54,490 nucleotides of DNA from a virus (lineage: Duplodnaviria; Caudoviricetes), in the IMG/VR virus record IMGVR_UViG_3300036861_000394, positions 1-54,490 of that record; one strand, given 5' to 3'. The notes under the pieces are model-generated. The model ran no database searches and was not told the DNA's origin. It saw only the letters and a program-made list of their open reading frames with translations. Positions 41,818-51,010 of the stretch are shown piece by piece. The translations under genes were made by a program, and so were the position numbers. Within the stretch, counting starts at the first letter, position 1, and every line of letters starts with the position of its first letter.

Positions 41818-42024
41818 TCATTGTTCTAGCTTCCCGCCACCTGCCCCATGGATAAACGCGCCCGTTAACTTCAGCGCCTGGGCAACCTCAAAGCCTTCCT
41901 CCAAGCATCCCTGGAAAAGATTCCAGGCAAGAGTCGCTGCGCTTCGTATCCCGGCGATCGCTTCAGCGGTCTCAATTGGGTCCCCTCTGCGCCCTTCATC
42001 TGTCATAGCTGATGCCAATGCCAA
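41818..42024 (-). CDS. Hypothetical protein
   Basis: GF...QAL.L motif; start may be ATG 42006. Confidence 0.55.
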   Translation of the reverse strand: MALASAMTDEGRRGDPIETAEAIAGIRSAATLAWNLFQGCLEEGFEVAQALKLTGAFIHGAGGGKLEQ

Positions 42025-42281
42025 CAGGCGTAGCGGCTGTACCCGCAGCCCCAGATCCAGCCGTTATCCGGCTCGTAATGGCCGCTGCCGTAGTGGTAGG
42101 CGAAGTGACAGACCATGAGCGCGGGGCCGTAGTAGGCCCGCTGCCCATCCGCGTATTGGTCGCAGTAGTAGCCGCCTCCGTCGCCGTCTAGCGATGGGTA
42201 GTCGGGAGCTCGTGCAGCGCTGACCGTCGCTCCGATCAGGAGTAGGGCCGTCAGGACTGCGAGGGCGAGGGTGAGCCTCAC
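42003..42281 (-). CDS. Secreted Tyr/Gly/His/Cys-rich peptide
   Basis: Signal peptide ending ARA; 4 Cys in the mature part. Confidence 0.6.
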   Translation of the reverse strand: MRLTLALAVLTALLLIGATVSAARAPDYPSLDGDGGGYYCDQYADGQRAYYGPALMVCHFAYHYGSGHYEPDNGWIWGCGYSRYACWHWHQL

Positions 42282-42412
42282 TTACGGGCCGTCCCAGAAT
42301 GAATCACGAATCATCGTGGAGTTCCTTTCGATAGACGCTCCGAAAGCCGACCGCGCAGGAGGACCCCATGAGCAGGGGAAGGAGGAACACGGTCGGCTAT
42401 CGCAACGTCCGG

Positions 42413-42904
42413 TCATACGGCGACCTCGTAATAGAGGTCGGCTAGGTCGGTGTGCCAGAGGTGATTGAGATCCATCGCTGAGAGCAGGCGGTCTGCCTTC
42501 GTAAAGGTGATCCAGTGGCAACGGCGAATGCGCCAGATCGCATTGGCGTCTAGTCCAGCTACCAGCGCGAGTTCGGCTAGCCCGCCCCTCGCTTTTGGTT
42601 TTGCCGCGATGGGCCAACTAGAAAATCCTCCAGCCGGTTGGACATCATGTGCAGAGATCCAGGCCGCGACAATTGGCCAGATGCGGTCCGCGGGAATCCA
42701 ATCGACACGTCTTGGCGGCACCGAACTGCGATCGATCTGCTCGCGCGCTGCTGCTTGGCTTAGCCTCTTGCGCTCCCTCCAACGACGCTGGGAGACCGAG
42801 CGATGCGCGCGACATTCGTCGCAGCGGCAGCGATGCTTGCGATACGCGGACTCAGTTCCGTGAACGAGACCTCGGCCGACATGAACAAAAGGCCGGGCAT
42901 TCAT
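42413..42904 (-). CDS. DNA-binding protein (Zn motif plus HTH)
   Basis: HGT...Y....CRC..CR; LAELA..AGL....I.RI...ADRL. Confidence 0.7.
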   Translation of the reverse strand: MNARPFVHVGRGLVHGTESAYRKHRCRCDECRAHRSVSQRRWRERKRLSQAAAREQIDRSSVPPRRVDWIPADRIWPIVAAWISAHDVQPAGGFSSWPIAAKPKARGGLAELALVAGLDANAIWRIRRCHWITFTKADRLLSAMDLNHLWHTDLADLYYEVAV

Positions 42905-43145
42905 GACGACTTCTCCAACTTGCCCCGCGCCCTAATTGCCTGGCGGCGGAACTTCTCAGCCCTCTTGCGGTACTCCTCGGACTGCTCGCGCCAGAACTCG
43001 CGCTCGTCTATGAGGGTGTCGATCCGCTCGCGCAGCCGCAGATGCAGCGGCGCGTTGAGACTTTCAGGGGCGGGTGTTTCATGAGGGGGATCAGCAGGCC
43101 CCGTGCGCGGGATCTCCCCGGCCACCATGCCCGCCCCGGACTTCG

Positions 43146-43377
43146 TCATTCGGACTCGCCCCCGCGAAGCCATGCGCGCAGCTTCCTGTCCAAACGCTCA
43201 CGCTCGTTGAGGAGAGTCTTCTCGCGGCTTACAAGTTCTTCGTATTCGCGCTGATTGCCGTCAATCTCTGCGCGAACACCGGGGAGCAAAGTATCGGCGA
43301 GATGGTCGATTCGCGCGAGGATGGCGTCAACGCCTATCTCTTCGGCGCGGTCGATATTCAGGGTCTCGCCATTCACC
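43146..43377 (-). CDS. Coiled-coil hypothetical protein
   Basis: VNGETL start with GTGA overlap. Confidence 0.5.
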
Positions 43378-43499
43378 CGAGCAACTCCCTCGCCGTGACG
43401 AACGTGATGTACGCGCAGAAGGCGAGCGCGAGGGCGAGCCAGGCGCACTGTCGGCGGCGTCGGTTCTCGGCCCTAGCTTCTCCTCGTGTGATCTCCATA
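43374..43499 (-). CDS. Small membrane protein, first gene of the early operon
   Basis: Hand-translated MEITRGEARAENRRRRQCAWLALALAFCAYITFVTARELLG; TGGCAATCT just upstream. Confidence 0.5.
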
Positions 43500-43659
43500 T
43501 GGGGAGATTGCCACACGAACAAGACTTAGGGAAGGCCCTCAGGAAGAAAACTCTAGCAATTTGCGGGAATCTCGTTCAGGATGCAGCCTCCTAAGCCGCA
43601 GTTCCCGCGTCTTACTTCGCATACCGACTGCGGCGGTACCCCCCGAGTAGGAGCCCCGC

Positions 43660-43968
43660 GTGGCGGAACGTCTAGAGGCAGCAGAGCGCGAGGAGGTTCG
43701 CGGCTTCGTGCGCTGGCTCTACGAATACTCGGGCAAGAGAAGATGGGCGGACTTCGCCCGGCTGACCGAGGTCTCGGAATACAGCCTCTCCGAATGGCGC
43801 TCCGGCCGCGGGATGCCGAACGCGCTCAACCTCCTGCGGATGCTGGAAGCCGTGAGCGCCCTCAGCCCGGAGGCTAGCCAGGCGCTCTCTCATGCCCGCG
43901 AATCAGCGCAGTCTGCAACCGCTCAAGCAGAAGGTCTGCCTCGTGTTCCGCGCAGGCGAGGTCAGTGA
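43660..43968 (+). CDS. XRE-family HTH protein, probable immunity repressor
   Basis: ADFARLTEVSEYSLSEWRSGRGMP..NLL; divergent from the early operon; SD AGGAG. Confidence 0.75.
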   Translation: MAERLEAAEREEVRGFVRWLYEYSGKRRWADFARLTEVSEYSLSEWRSGRGMPNALNLLRMLEAVSALSPEASQALSHARESAQSATAQAEGLPRVPRRRGQ

Positions 43969-44134
43969 GAACGGCATCGACCTCATCGCGCAAGTCCTCT
44001 GCTCGGTTCGCTGCCCGGCGTAGATTCGTCCGCACCGCCGAGATGTCGATGAGCCAGGTCCCGGCTGGAACGCCTTCGGCCTGGAGTCGCTCCACGAGTG
44101 CCTCCAGCAGATCGCTGCGATCGTCTCTCTCCAT
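43874..44134 (-). CDS. Helical hypothetical protein, convergent with the repressor
   Basis: Protein-like amphipathic sequence; 95-nt tail-to-tail overlap. Confidence 0.5.
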   Translation of the reverse strand: MERDDRSDLLEALVERLQAEGVPAGTWLIDISAVRTNLRRAANRAEDLRDEVDAVLTDLACAEHEADLLLERLQTALIRGHERAPG

Positions 44135-44192
44135 CCCTGACGCCGCAGCAAATCAATAGACGCCGAGAGTCATCCTACCTTGCGGTCTGCCG

Positions 44193-44486
44193 TCAACTCA
44201 GAAGATGGAGTCTTCGAGAGAGGTAGACGATCGCGTCCGCGATCTCCTCGGCCGCTTCCGCGAGCAGCGCGTCGGCGTCGTACTCGAACAGGCCCTTCTC
44301 TTGAAAGCGATAGTGGCCTGCGACGTGGCGCCCGCGCGCGAGTACTATCAGGTCATGGCCGTTGTCGCCGAGCCAGCGGACGAGGAGATCGACGGCGTGT
44401 TGGGCTTGGGCATCGAAGCTCGCTAGCTTCGCGTCGAGGTCTAGAGTGGTCCCTTCCGTTCGATCATCGCAAGCGCAGCCCCTCAT
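44193..44486 (-). CDS. MazG-like all-alpha NTP pyrophosphatase-type protein
   Basis: G...Y...L.EA.EEIADAIVY. Confidence 0.55.
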   Translation of the reverse strand: MRGCACDDRTEGTTLDLDAKLASFDAQAQHAVDLLVRWLGDNGHDLIVLARGRHVAGHYRFQEKGLFEYDADALLAEAAEEIADAIVYLSRRLHLLS

Positions 44487-45215
44487 TCAAGGTCTCCAGA
44501 GAACGGGCGGGGCGAGCATTCCGCGGCTTAGCATCCGCTCGCGCATTTGCTTATGCTGGCGGACATCGCTTTCGACACGCTCGCGTTCTCGTTTCTGGCC
44601 TCCGCGCGTCAGCCTTGTCGCCCGCCGCCAGTCTGCATCAGACATGTGGTACTTCGTGGCGGCTGTCCGCAACATGCTGGAGAGATTCTCCTGCGACTTG
44701 CTAAGTCCCTCGAACTGGATCAGCCCGGTTTTTGTGTCCTGCACGAGCTTCTCCGACATCGGGGGCATCCCCCATTCGAGACAAGATCCATTCAAAATCG
44801 GCAGATCGAACTTTCCGATGTAGTGCCCCGTGACCAGTGTGGCCTCGTCGTAGAACTCAAGGAACCATTCCAACATGTGCGGGATGCGTTCTGATTCTCC
44901 AAGCAGGAGCGAATGTACTTTGCTCTCCCCGATCCAGGAGCAGCCGATGGCGATCGGCTCGCAACCAGCGGGCTTGAACTTGCCCGCCTGGTAGAAACCG
45001 ACTAGGCGCGTCTCTATGTCGAAGTCCAGGGTCCTACTCTTCGCTGTGTGAATCGGCTCCAACTTCGATTGCTTCTTGTGGGACACTTGCACCAGCCGCG
45101 AGGAAGGAAGAGGCGGCAGACTCGAAAGCCTCGATCCCAAGCTGTCTTCCTTCGAGCTCGGTTCCGGGCTGGGCGTCGGCAATCTTTGAGCCGAGATAGG
45201 CGTAAGCAGCTTCAA
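44487..45215 (-). CDS. RNase H-like 3'-5' exonuclease
   Basis: LDFDIET, GHY...FDLP.LN, DT, SDV. Confidence 0.8.
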   Translation of the reverse strand: MKLLTPISAQRLPTPSPEPSSKEDSLGSRLSSLPPLPSSRLVQVSHKKQSKLEPIHTAKSRTLDFDIETRLVGFYQAGKFKPAGCEPIAIGCSWIGESKVHSLLLGESERIPHMLEWFLEFYDEATLVTGHYIGKFDLPILNGSCLEWGMPPMSEKLVQDTKTGLIQFEGLSKSQENLSSMLRTAATKYHMSDADWRRATRLTRGGQKRERERVESDVRQHKQMRERMLSRGMLAPPVLWRP

Positions 45216-45308
45216 GAATCCTCCTCTGATACTGTCCGATTAGGCCAGACGTCTCAAGGCGGACGCGATGTTCAGCGTCGCGCCTCAGGTGATCCTTGGT
45301 GCTTGCCA

Positions 45309-45632
45309 CTACCAAAACCTCCTTAGGTTGTTGACCATATTCCGAAGGTCTTGCTTGCTTTTGCAGAACTCGCAGATTTTTATTCCTGGCAGGGCTATCT
45401 CCCCGCAGTGCCTACAAAGTCCTTGCTCGATGCGAAGACGCGCCAGGCGACGTTTCGCGGCATTTCTCTGCTCGATCCTGCGGCGATCGCTGCGGCGTTT
45501 CGTTTCCCGATAGCAGGCGCGACAGCGGCTTCGGACACTGGGGGGGCCACGCCACTCATCGTCCGGGTCGATCTCGTGCAACCCGTTCCTGCACAACTTC
45601 ACCACTGGAAGTTCCTGCACGGACATCACCAC
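45309..45632 (-). CDS. Zn-binding protein
   Basis: C.NG.H...CRAC; C.HCG...C.FC. Confidence 0.65.
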   Translation of the reverse strand: MVMSVQELPVVKLCRNGLHEIDPDDEWRGPPSVRSRCRACYRETKRRSDRRRIEQRNAAKRRLARLRIEQGLCRHCGEIALPGIKICEFCKSKQDLRNMVNNLRRFW

Positions 45633-45768
45633 AGGAAGTTAGCCATGTCATCGGACGACACGGGGGGTGCGCAAAGCAGCCGACCCCACGATGTCGCGAG
45701 GTCGGCCGAATCGGTATCGAACATGAGGACACATACAGACAAGGGCTCCTTTGTCCGGGGACTAGGCG

Positions 45769-45939
45769 TTACTTCGGCAGGTGTCGTCCTGCCGCAAGCA
45801 TGGCGGCGACGATCAGACCGGCCGCCGACATGGCAACCTCGTTCGGAAGATCGAGGCCTAGTTGGCTCGCGGTGTAGCCGAGGATCGACGCGACGTAGGT
45901 GGCGAGGATTGCCGCCGTAGCGTTCGGGTGTGACTTCAC
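45769..45939 (-). CDS. Holin-like membrane protein
   Basis: Two hydrophobic helices; lysis cluster; SD AAAGGAG. Confidence 0.6.
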   Translation of the reverse strand: MKSHPNATAAILATYVASILGYTASQLGLDLPNEVAMSAAGLIVAAMLAAGRHLPK

Positions 45940-45949
45940 AGGGCTCCTT

Positions 45950-46024
45950 TCAGACGAGGATTCCGGCATGGCAGAGGACGAAGCCCAGAATCAGGCCGAT
46001 GGCGAAGACGAGTACGTCGCTCAA
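45950..46024 (-). CDS. 24-aa membrane peptide
   Basis: MSDVLVFAIGLILGFVLCHAGILV with AGGAG SD. Confidence 0.45.
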   Translation of the reverse strand: MSDVLVFAIGLILGFVLCHAGILV

Positions 46025-46040
46025 GATCGCTCCTAGTGGT

Positions 46041-46337
46041 TCAACAGTCGAGAATGTCTAGGGTCTTGCGCGTGCGCTTCGAGTTGGTGAGGCCCCGCTG
46101 GATCACCGAAGCCGAGATGCCGGGGATGCCATTGGGATTCTCCTTGAGGAACTGCTCCGAGCTACCGATCTGTACGTCGAGGGCGTGTCGCTGCGCGCAG
46201 AGAACGATGTTGTTGCGATGAGCGACCGTGAAGACGTAGGCCCCGAGCGCGACCGTGATGAGAAAGAGCAAGCAGGTTGCGCCGACGAGCAGACGGAAGG
46301 CGTTTCGGATGCTGTGCTCAGTTGCGGGTTCGCTCAT
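46041..46337 (-). CDS. Membrane protein in the lysis cassette
   Basis: One TM segment, Cys after it and a terminal Cys. Confidence 0.7.
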   Translation of the reverse strand: MSEPATEHSIRNAFRLLVGATCLLFLITVALGAYVFTVAHRNNIVLCAQRHALDVQIGSSEQFLKENPNGIPGISASVIQRGLTNSKRTRKTLDILDC

Positions 46338-46612
46338 GTGTCCTTTCTCGTCGCGCCGTTAACAAGTCGCAAGAGGCGTGCGTTTTCCTGGCGGAGAACG
46401 TTTAGCTCATCGCTCAGCTTGTCGAGGCGTATCGACAGGTAGCGGTTTCGTTCCTCCAGCTCGCGCCGGATCGCGCTTGATTCCTTCCAAAGCTCAGCCG
46501 CATCGGAGGTCCTAACCCTCCCGCTCAACCTGCGTGCGGCAGCTAGGTAGGCCCCGAGCGCGCCGACGACGAGGCCGAGGAAGGCAACGAAGGGTGCATA
46601 ACTCGTTATCAT
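46334..46612 (-). CDS. Membrane protein with coiled coil (lysis accessory)
   Basis: N-terminal TM segment plus heptad repeats; follows the endolysin. Confidence 0.7.
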   Translation of the reverse strand: MITSYAPFVAFLGLVVGALGAYLAAARRLSGRVRTSDAAELWKESSAIRRELEERNRYLSIRLDKLSDELNVLRQENARLLRLVNGATRKDT

Positions 46613-46629
46613 CGGCTGTCCTCGATCAT

Positions 46630-47415
46630 TTAGAGCTTCTCGATGATGATGCTGCCGCCCGGCCCGATCTTCTTGAACAGGCGGGCAACTAGAACGCCCG
46701 GATAATCCGTGTGTCCCTGATCGACCGTGCCTGCATCTCTCACGGTGTAGGACGCCTTCTTCTCGGGTTCAGGCGGAGGAGGCGGCGGGGGCGGGGCGGG
46801 CACCTTCGTGCGAGCGATGCGTAGGAGTTCGGTCCAGCGGTACTGTCCCGGGTCCCAATGAGAGTTGCCGGGAATCTCAACGTGGCCGTACCAACCCGCG
46901 ACGCGGCCCCACTTGCCAGAATGGCGCCGACTGAAATTCCTCGTCGCCCAGGGGAGCGGAGGCATCGCGTCCGGGAACGGGTGCAGGAGTGGGATTCCGG
47001 CAGCGCCCTTGAGCGTCGCGAGCAACTCGGCGAGCGCGTCGAGCGTGCGCGTGTCGAACTGATAGAGCGTCGTCTTCGAGTAGCCGACGACCTCGATCTG
47101 CGCGCGGCAGACCCGGTTTGTCTCCGGGAAGCCGGACGGATGCTCAACGGCAGCCGCCATCTTTCCGAGCGGGATGAGTTGGGCGATCCGGCCTAGCCCG
47201 ACGAGGAAATGGGGCGCGTAATGCTCGCGGAAGACCTGGAGCGCGGAGGCCCAGCCGCCCTCAGTCGTGTGCAGGATTCCGGCAGGCGGAGCCCCGAGGT
47301 CTACGTCGTCGTTCGGATGCGGGCAGGGGATCTTCTCGATCCGGTACGGGCCTGCCCTATCGAGCCACGCGCGCGCGGGCGCACCGCCGTCGATGACGGC
47401 AAGGTTTGGAGGCAT
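46630..47415 (-). CDS. Endolysin, N-acetylmuramoyl-L-alanine amidase
   Basis: LHTTE, PH, QIEVVG, GH...P.N.HWDPG Zn-amidase motifs; Pro linker. Confidence 0.85.
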   Translation of the reverse strand: MPPNLAVIDGGAPARAWLDRAGPYRIEKIPCPHPNDDVDLGAPPAGILHTTEGGWASALQVFREHYAPHFLVGLGRIAQLIPLGKMAAAVEHPSGFPETNRVCRAQIEVVGYSKTTLYQFDTRTLDALAELLATLKGAAGIPLLHPFPDAMPPLPWATRNFSRRHSGKWGRVAGWYGHVEIPGNSHWDPGQYRWTELLRIARTKVPAPPPPPPPPEPEKKASYTVRDAGTVDQGHTDYPGVLVARLFKKIGPGGSIIIEKL

Positions 47416-47427
47416 GTGCTCTCCTAA

Positions 47428-47451
47428 GAAAGTCGGAAAGTCGGAAAGTCG
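47428..47451. repeat. Tandem repeat (GAAAGTCG)x3
   Basis: Directly visible between the tail gene and the endolysin SD. Confidence 0.85.
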
Positions 47452-47453
47452 GA

Positions 47454-49040
47454 CTAGCCCGTGACGCCGCGGGTGGCCGCTGCGAGCCGAGCGAGCAAAA
47501 TATCGGAGCGCCTCGTCTGGCCCTCGATCTCGAGCACAACGCGTCCCGTTTCGAGTTCGGCCTCGGTGCCGATAATGTGGAACAGGGTCTCTCCGTCACG
47601 GCCGGACTGAAAGAGGTCTGTCTTGGGCAGATCGGAGACGAGGACATTCTCGCCCGAGCGAATCTGGAAGGCGGGAAGGGACGGTCCGTTCGCGCGTTTG
47701 ACGGGAAGCATCGCGGGCAGAACCAGCCGTCCTCGGATCGCCGGATATGACCCCTGATCCGTCACAAGACGCGAAGAAAGCTGCGCAGAGGTCGAGCTCG
47801 TCATCGGAAAGCCGGGAGCAACGAGCACGTCCTGGGACTTGCCCTGCTTGACGTAGGGGTTAGCCTGTGTTGTGGAGGTAGACGATGCTTCCTTGTCTCG
47901 CTGCTCGGCTGCATCCATGTAGAGAACGTAGACCGTCTTCGCGAGTCCGTCGACCGATGAGGTGATCTCGGTTCCCGATTGAAGATCGGCGACTCGCGTC
48001 AACCATTGCGGCTCGTCGCGATTGGCGGTCTTCCAATCGAAGCGGCCGTCTTCCCAGATCGACCACTCGCGCGCATAGAAGCCCGCGACCTCCTCGACAA
48101 CCGACATCGACGACGAACGGACAGCACGCTCGATCGTTTGAATCGTGAAATCGGAACCGTCCTCGATGATCCCGAGCGTGAGACCAGGCACGAGCGCGAT
48201 GAGATCGCGCAGGATCGATCCGCCATAGAAGCCGCCCGCTACATCCTCGCCAAGGGAGGTGCCGAGGATTCGGATGTTCAGGAAATCACAGAACTCGGAT
48301 GCGATCGGCGTCTTGTTGACTCCTGAGTTGTTCCAGCCACAGAAGCCAATCGAGTCTCTTGAGGCACCGGAGACCGACTTCGCTCCGCTCGTAGTGAAAT
48401 CCGTAGAGGCCAGGCTGCCAGAGCTGTAGGAGTTCCATGTCCAGACGCGAGCTGCCGCAAGATTGGCGGGGCCGATCGTCAGATCGAAAAGAATCGTTTG
48501 GACCGAGATGTTCGGGCCAATCAACGCGAGAGCCGCGCCACCCGCGCTGGTCGCGACCACCACTCCATTTCCGGCAACCCGGACGCCGATCTTGGTCAGA
48601 TCGCTAATATCGACTTGACCGATCGAGACACTCAGATCGGCCTTGGCGAGATTGCCGATGCCCGTGAAGGGCATATTCGCGCCAAGCCCGCCGGGTGCTT
48701 CAGCCCAGGGGAGATCGCGTTTCGACCAGATCCGACGGACGCTGACCTCCTCCAGTTTGCGCCGGAATCCGAAGCAGGAAACGGATACGCCCCCGTCCGC
48801 CGGGCGCAGCGTCACGTCTTCGACCTGCCCCTCCCAGATGACAAAGGTATCGAGGACGATGCGGACTGTGGCGAGATGGGGGATCTCACGCTTCCAGCGT
48901 CCGGCATCGCCGGGGAGCTCGAACGAGCATGCGCCGAAGCCGCCGATCGCGGCCGTCGTCCAACGTAGGCTACGTTGCAAGGGGGTTAGGCGCAGGGGTG
49001 TTGAGCCGGGGCGGCCGATTGCGACTTCGAGCGGGATCAC
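47454..49040 (-). CDS. Minor tail / baseplate hub-like protein
   Basis: Second tail gene after the tape measure; GGF..CSF and WEG.V motifs. Confidence 0.7.
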   Translation of the reverse strand: MIPLEVAIGRPGSTPLRLTPLQRSLRWTTAAIGGFGACSFELPGDAGRWKREIPHLATVRIVLDTFVIWEGQVEDVTLRPADGGVSVSCFGFRRKLEEVSVRRIWSKRDLPWAEAPGGLGANMPFTGIGNLAKADLSVSIGQVDISDLTKIGVRVAGNGVVVATSAGGAALALIGPNISVQTILFDLTIGPANLAAARVWTWNSYSSGSLASTDFTTSGAKSVSGASRDSIGFCGWNNSGVNKTPIASEFCDFLNIRILGTSLGEDVAGGFYGGSILRDLIALVPGLTLGIIEDGSDFTIQTIERAVRSSSMSVVEEVAGFYAREWSIWEDGRFDWKTANRDEPQWLTRVADLQSGTEITSSVDGLAKTVYVLYMDAAEQRDKEASSTSTTQANPYVKQGKSQDVLVAPGFPMTSSTSAQLSSRLVTDQGSYPAIRGRLVLPAMLPVKRANGPSLPAFQIRSGENVLVSDLPKTDLFQSGRDGETLFHIIGTEAELETGRVVLEIEGQTRRSDILLARLAAATRGVTG

Positions 49041-49067
49041 GCGACCTCCTGCTGATACACTTCGGAT

Positions 49068-49517
49068 ATGGGTCGCGCAGGCATCGTGTTTCTAATCGCC
49101 TTTGTCCTAGTAGGATCAGCATCGGCCGCCACGTATCGCCCTGGTTTCAGCCGGGCAACTGAAGCGGCGGCGTACTGTTTGACGGCTTCCGAATGGGTCG
49201 CTTTTGCCGCAGACCCCTGGGATGGGGGCTACTACTTGCCCGAAACACAACAGGTATTTCTGAATCCATGGGACTGCCGCGTTCTAGATCACCGAAAACG
49301 AGCCCGCCCGTATGAACTCATTCCTGCTGTTTTTACGCTTGCACATGAGCGACAGCATGTTCTTGGCGTTCTGGACGAAGACGAGGCGGATTGTCAGGCG
49401 GGGCGTACTCTTCCGCTGATCGCCCATCGCCTCGGAATTCGTTTTCGTACGCGAGACCTCCGCGCCTTTTTCAGCAACCCACCAACAGCGGCGGAATGCC
49501 GCCCTCCGATCTCTTAG
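49068..49517 (+). CDS. Secreted HExxH metallopeptidase-like moron
   Basis: Signal peptide ending ASA; TLAHERQH...DE.EADC; TACACT 6 nt before the ATG. Confidence 0.7.
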   Translation: MGRAGIVFLIAFVLVGSASAATYRPGFSRATEAAAYCLTASEWVAFAADPWDGGYYLPETQQVFLNPWDCRVLDHRKRARPYELIPAVFTLAHERQHVLGVLDEDEADCQAGRTLPLIAHRLGIRFRTRDLRAFFSNPPTAAECRPPIS

Positions 49518-51010
49518 ATACCGCGGGCGAAGGCAAAGCGAGGTCGATAGCTAAGGCTCGCAAACGCCTGAAGGGGACCTGAATAGATAAGGGGTTCACT
49601 TGTTGTGGCGATGCGTTTGCGAGCCGCCGCAAAGAGATCGAGCTGGATGGTGCTGCCCCCAACGAGCGGGAGTTGACCTCGGTAGTAAAGATGGGGATTT
49701 GCATAAGGGGTATTGGTTGGTGCTCCGACTCCATCTCCGGAGAGATACATGCGACCATTGGTATCTGCATGAAACCAGGTCTGGACGTAGTTCGCGGCGT
49801 CGGTGATCGTGGGCTGAACCAGTCCGCGCGGCATCACTCCGGCTGGTGCATCTAGAGGCAAAAGAAAAACCCCGCCGAGCGAGACAATCGGTGTCCCCAC
49901 GCCTACATTGGTCGTTGCGGGACTCGCCCAAATGCGAATGTCGGAGCGAGCCGTAATGCCAGAGCCAATGATAGGAACAGCAAGTTCGCCTAGATCCAGC
50001 ACCGTGAAGGCTGGAGAGGGCTGGGCGCCATAGCCACCTGGAGCGCCAGAGGCAACGGCGGGAGCGATTGTGGCAATCGGAGCTGCGCTCGCAAGCGCAA
50101 TCCCCGCTCCGATAGGGGCGACATCGGCCGATAAATACCAAGGGAGCAGCTGGCTCGGGCCAATGCGCGCTAAAGCGAAGATTCGATGGCGACCCCGGAA
50201 GGCTGGTTCAAGGGCAGTGGCTAGCTGGATCTGCGCGGCTACTTGCCAAGTCGTTACCGATGCATAGATGTCGAGCGCCTGCGAACCGGGAACGAATGGC
50301 TGGCCAGTAAGTGTTCCCGCCAAAATCCTAACTATGCTTCCAGCGGGCCAATGGGCGGTGAAGCTGGGCCGCCCGGCGAGACTCCACATCAAAGCATCGG
50401 GTTGCCAATTAGCGCCGCTCGCCGGATACCCAGTCGCCGCCGTTGGGGCGATGTGCAATTCGCCAATACCGGGCACGTCTCCGAGTATGCTGCCAGCGCT
50501 AAAAGTGAGTTTGCCCGGCAGACCGACCGAGGCCGCCGACGCGAGGATGATCTCGGTCGGCAAATAACCGAACGGCTGCGGGCCGATGTCGAGCTCCAGC
50601 GTCCCGAGCCGAACTCCGATCTCCTGATGTCGAATCTTGTAGTCCGGCTTCCAGCGGCCCGAGAGAACGTCAAAACGAACGGCGGCCGTCGCCTCCGCTG
50701 GCAGAATGTCTACATAGGCACCGCCGGGACGCGCCGCTAGCCGGAAGTTCTGCTCCCACTTCTGGACGCTCCGGGCGGTGATCGGATCGCCGACACCCGA
50801 GGGGACGAGAAGCGGGAAGCGCATCGTCCGCGGTCCGATCGACTCGAACGCGAACTGGCCTCCGTCGGCAGCCGGACTCTGTGCGTATTGCGCCTCCATC
50901 CACGAGTCGCCGAAGTCCGGCCCATCCTCGGCGCGAATGAAGGAGGCGAGCTCGTAGGTGCTTCCGCCCGGGGAGGTCAGGACGTAGCTATCGTCACCGC
51001 CGAGTCCCAT
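49514..51010 (-). CDS. Distal-tail-like minor tail protein
   Basis: First gene after the tape measure. Confidence 0.7.
   Translation of the reverse strand: MGLGGDDSYVLTSPGGSTYELASFIRAEDGPDFGDSWMEAQYAQSPAADGGQFAFESIGPRTMRFPLLVPSGVGDPITARSVQKWEQNFRLAARPGGAYVDILPAEATAAVRFDVLSGRWKPDYKIRHQEIGVRLGTLELDIGPQPFGYLPTEIILASAASVGLPGKLTFSAGSILGDVPGIGELHIAPTAATGYPASGANWQPDALMWSLAGRPSFTAHWPAGSIVRILAGTLTGQPFVPGSQALDIYASVTTWQVAAQIQLATALEPAFRGRHRIFALARIGPSQLLPWYLSADVAPIGAGIALASAAPIATIAPAVASGAPGGYGAQPSPAFTVLDLGELAVPIIGSGITARSDIRIWASPATTNVGVGTPIVSLGGVFLLPLDAPAGVMPRGLVQPTITDAANYVQTWFHADTNGRMYLSGDGVGAPTNTPYANPHLYYRGQLPLVGGSTIQLDLFAAARKRIATTSEPLIYSGPLQAFASLSYRPRFAFARGI

Noticed and set aside
44171-44200. Promoter TTGACG...TAGGAT for the 86-aa gene
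   Set aside because: The spacer is only 13 nt; the -10 may be real but the pair is not supportable
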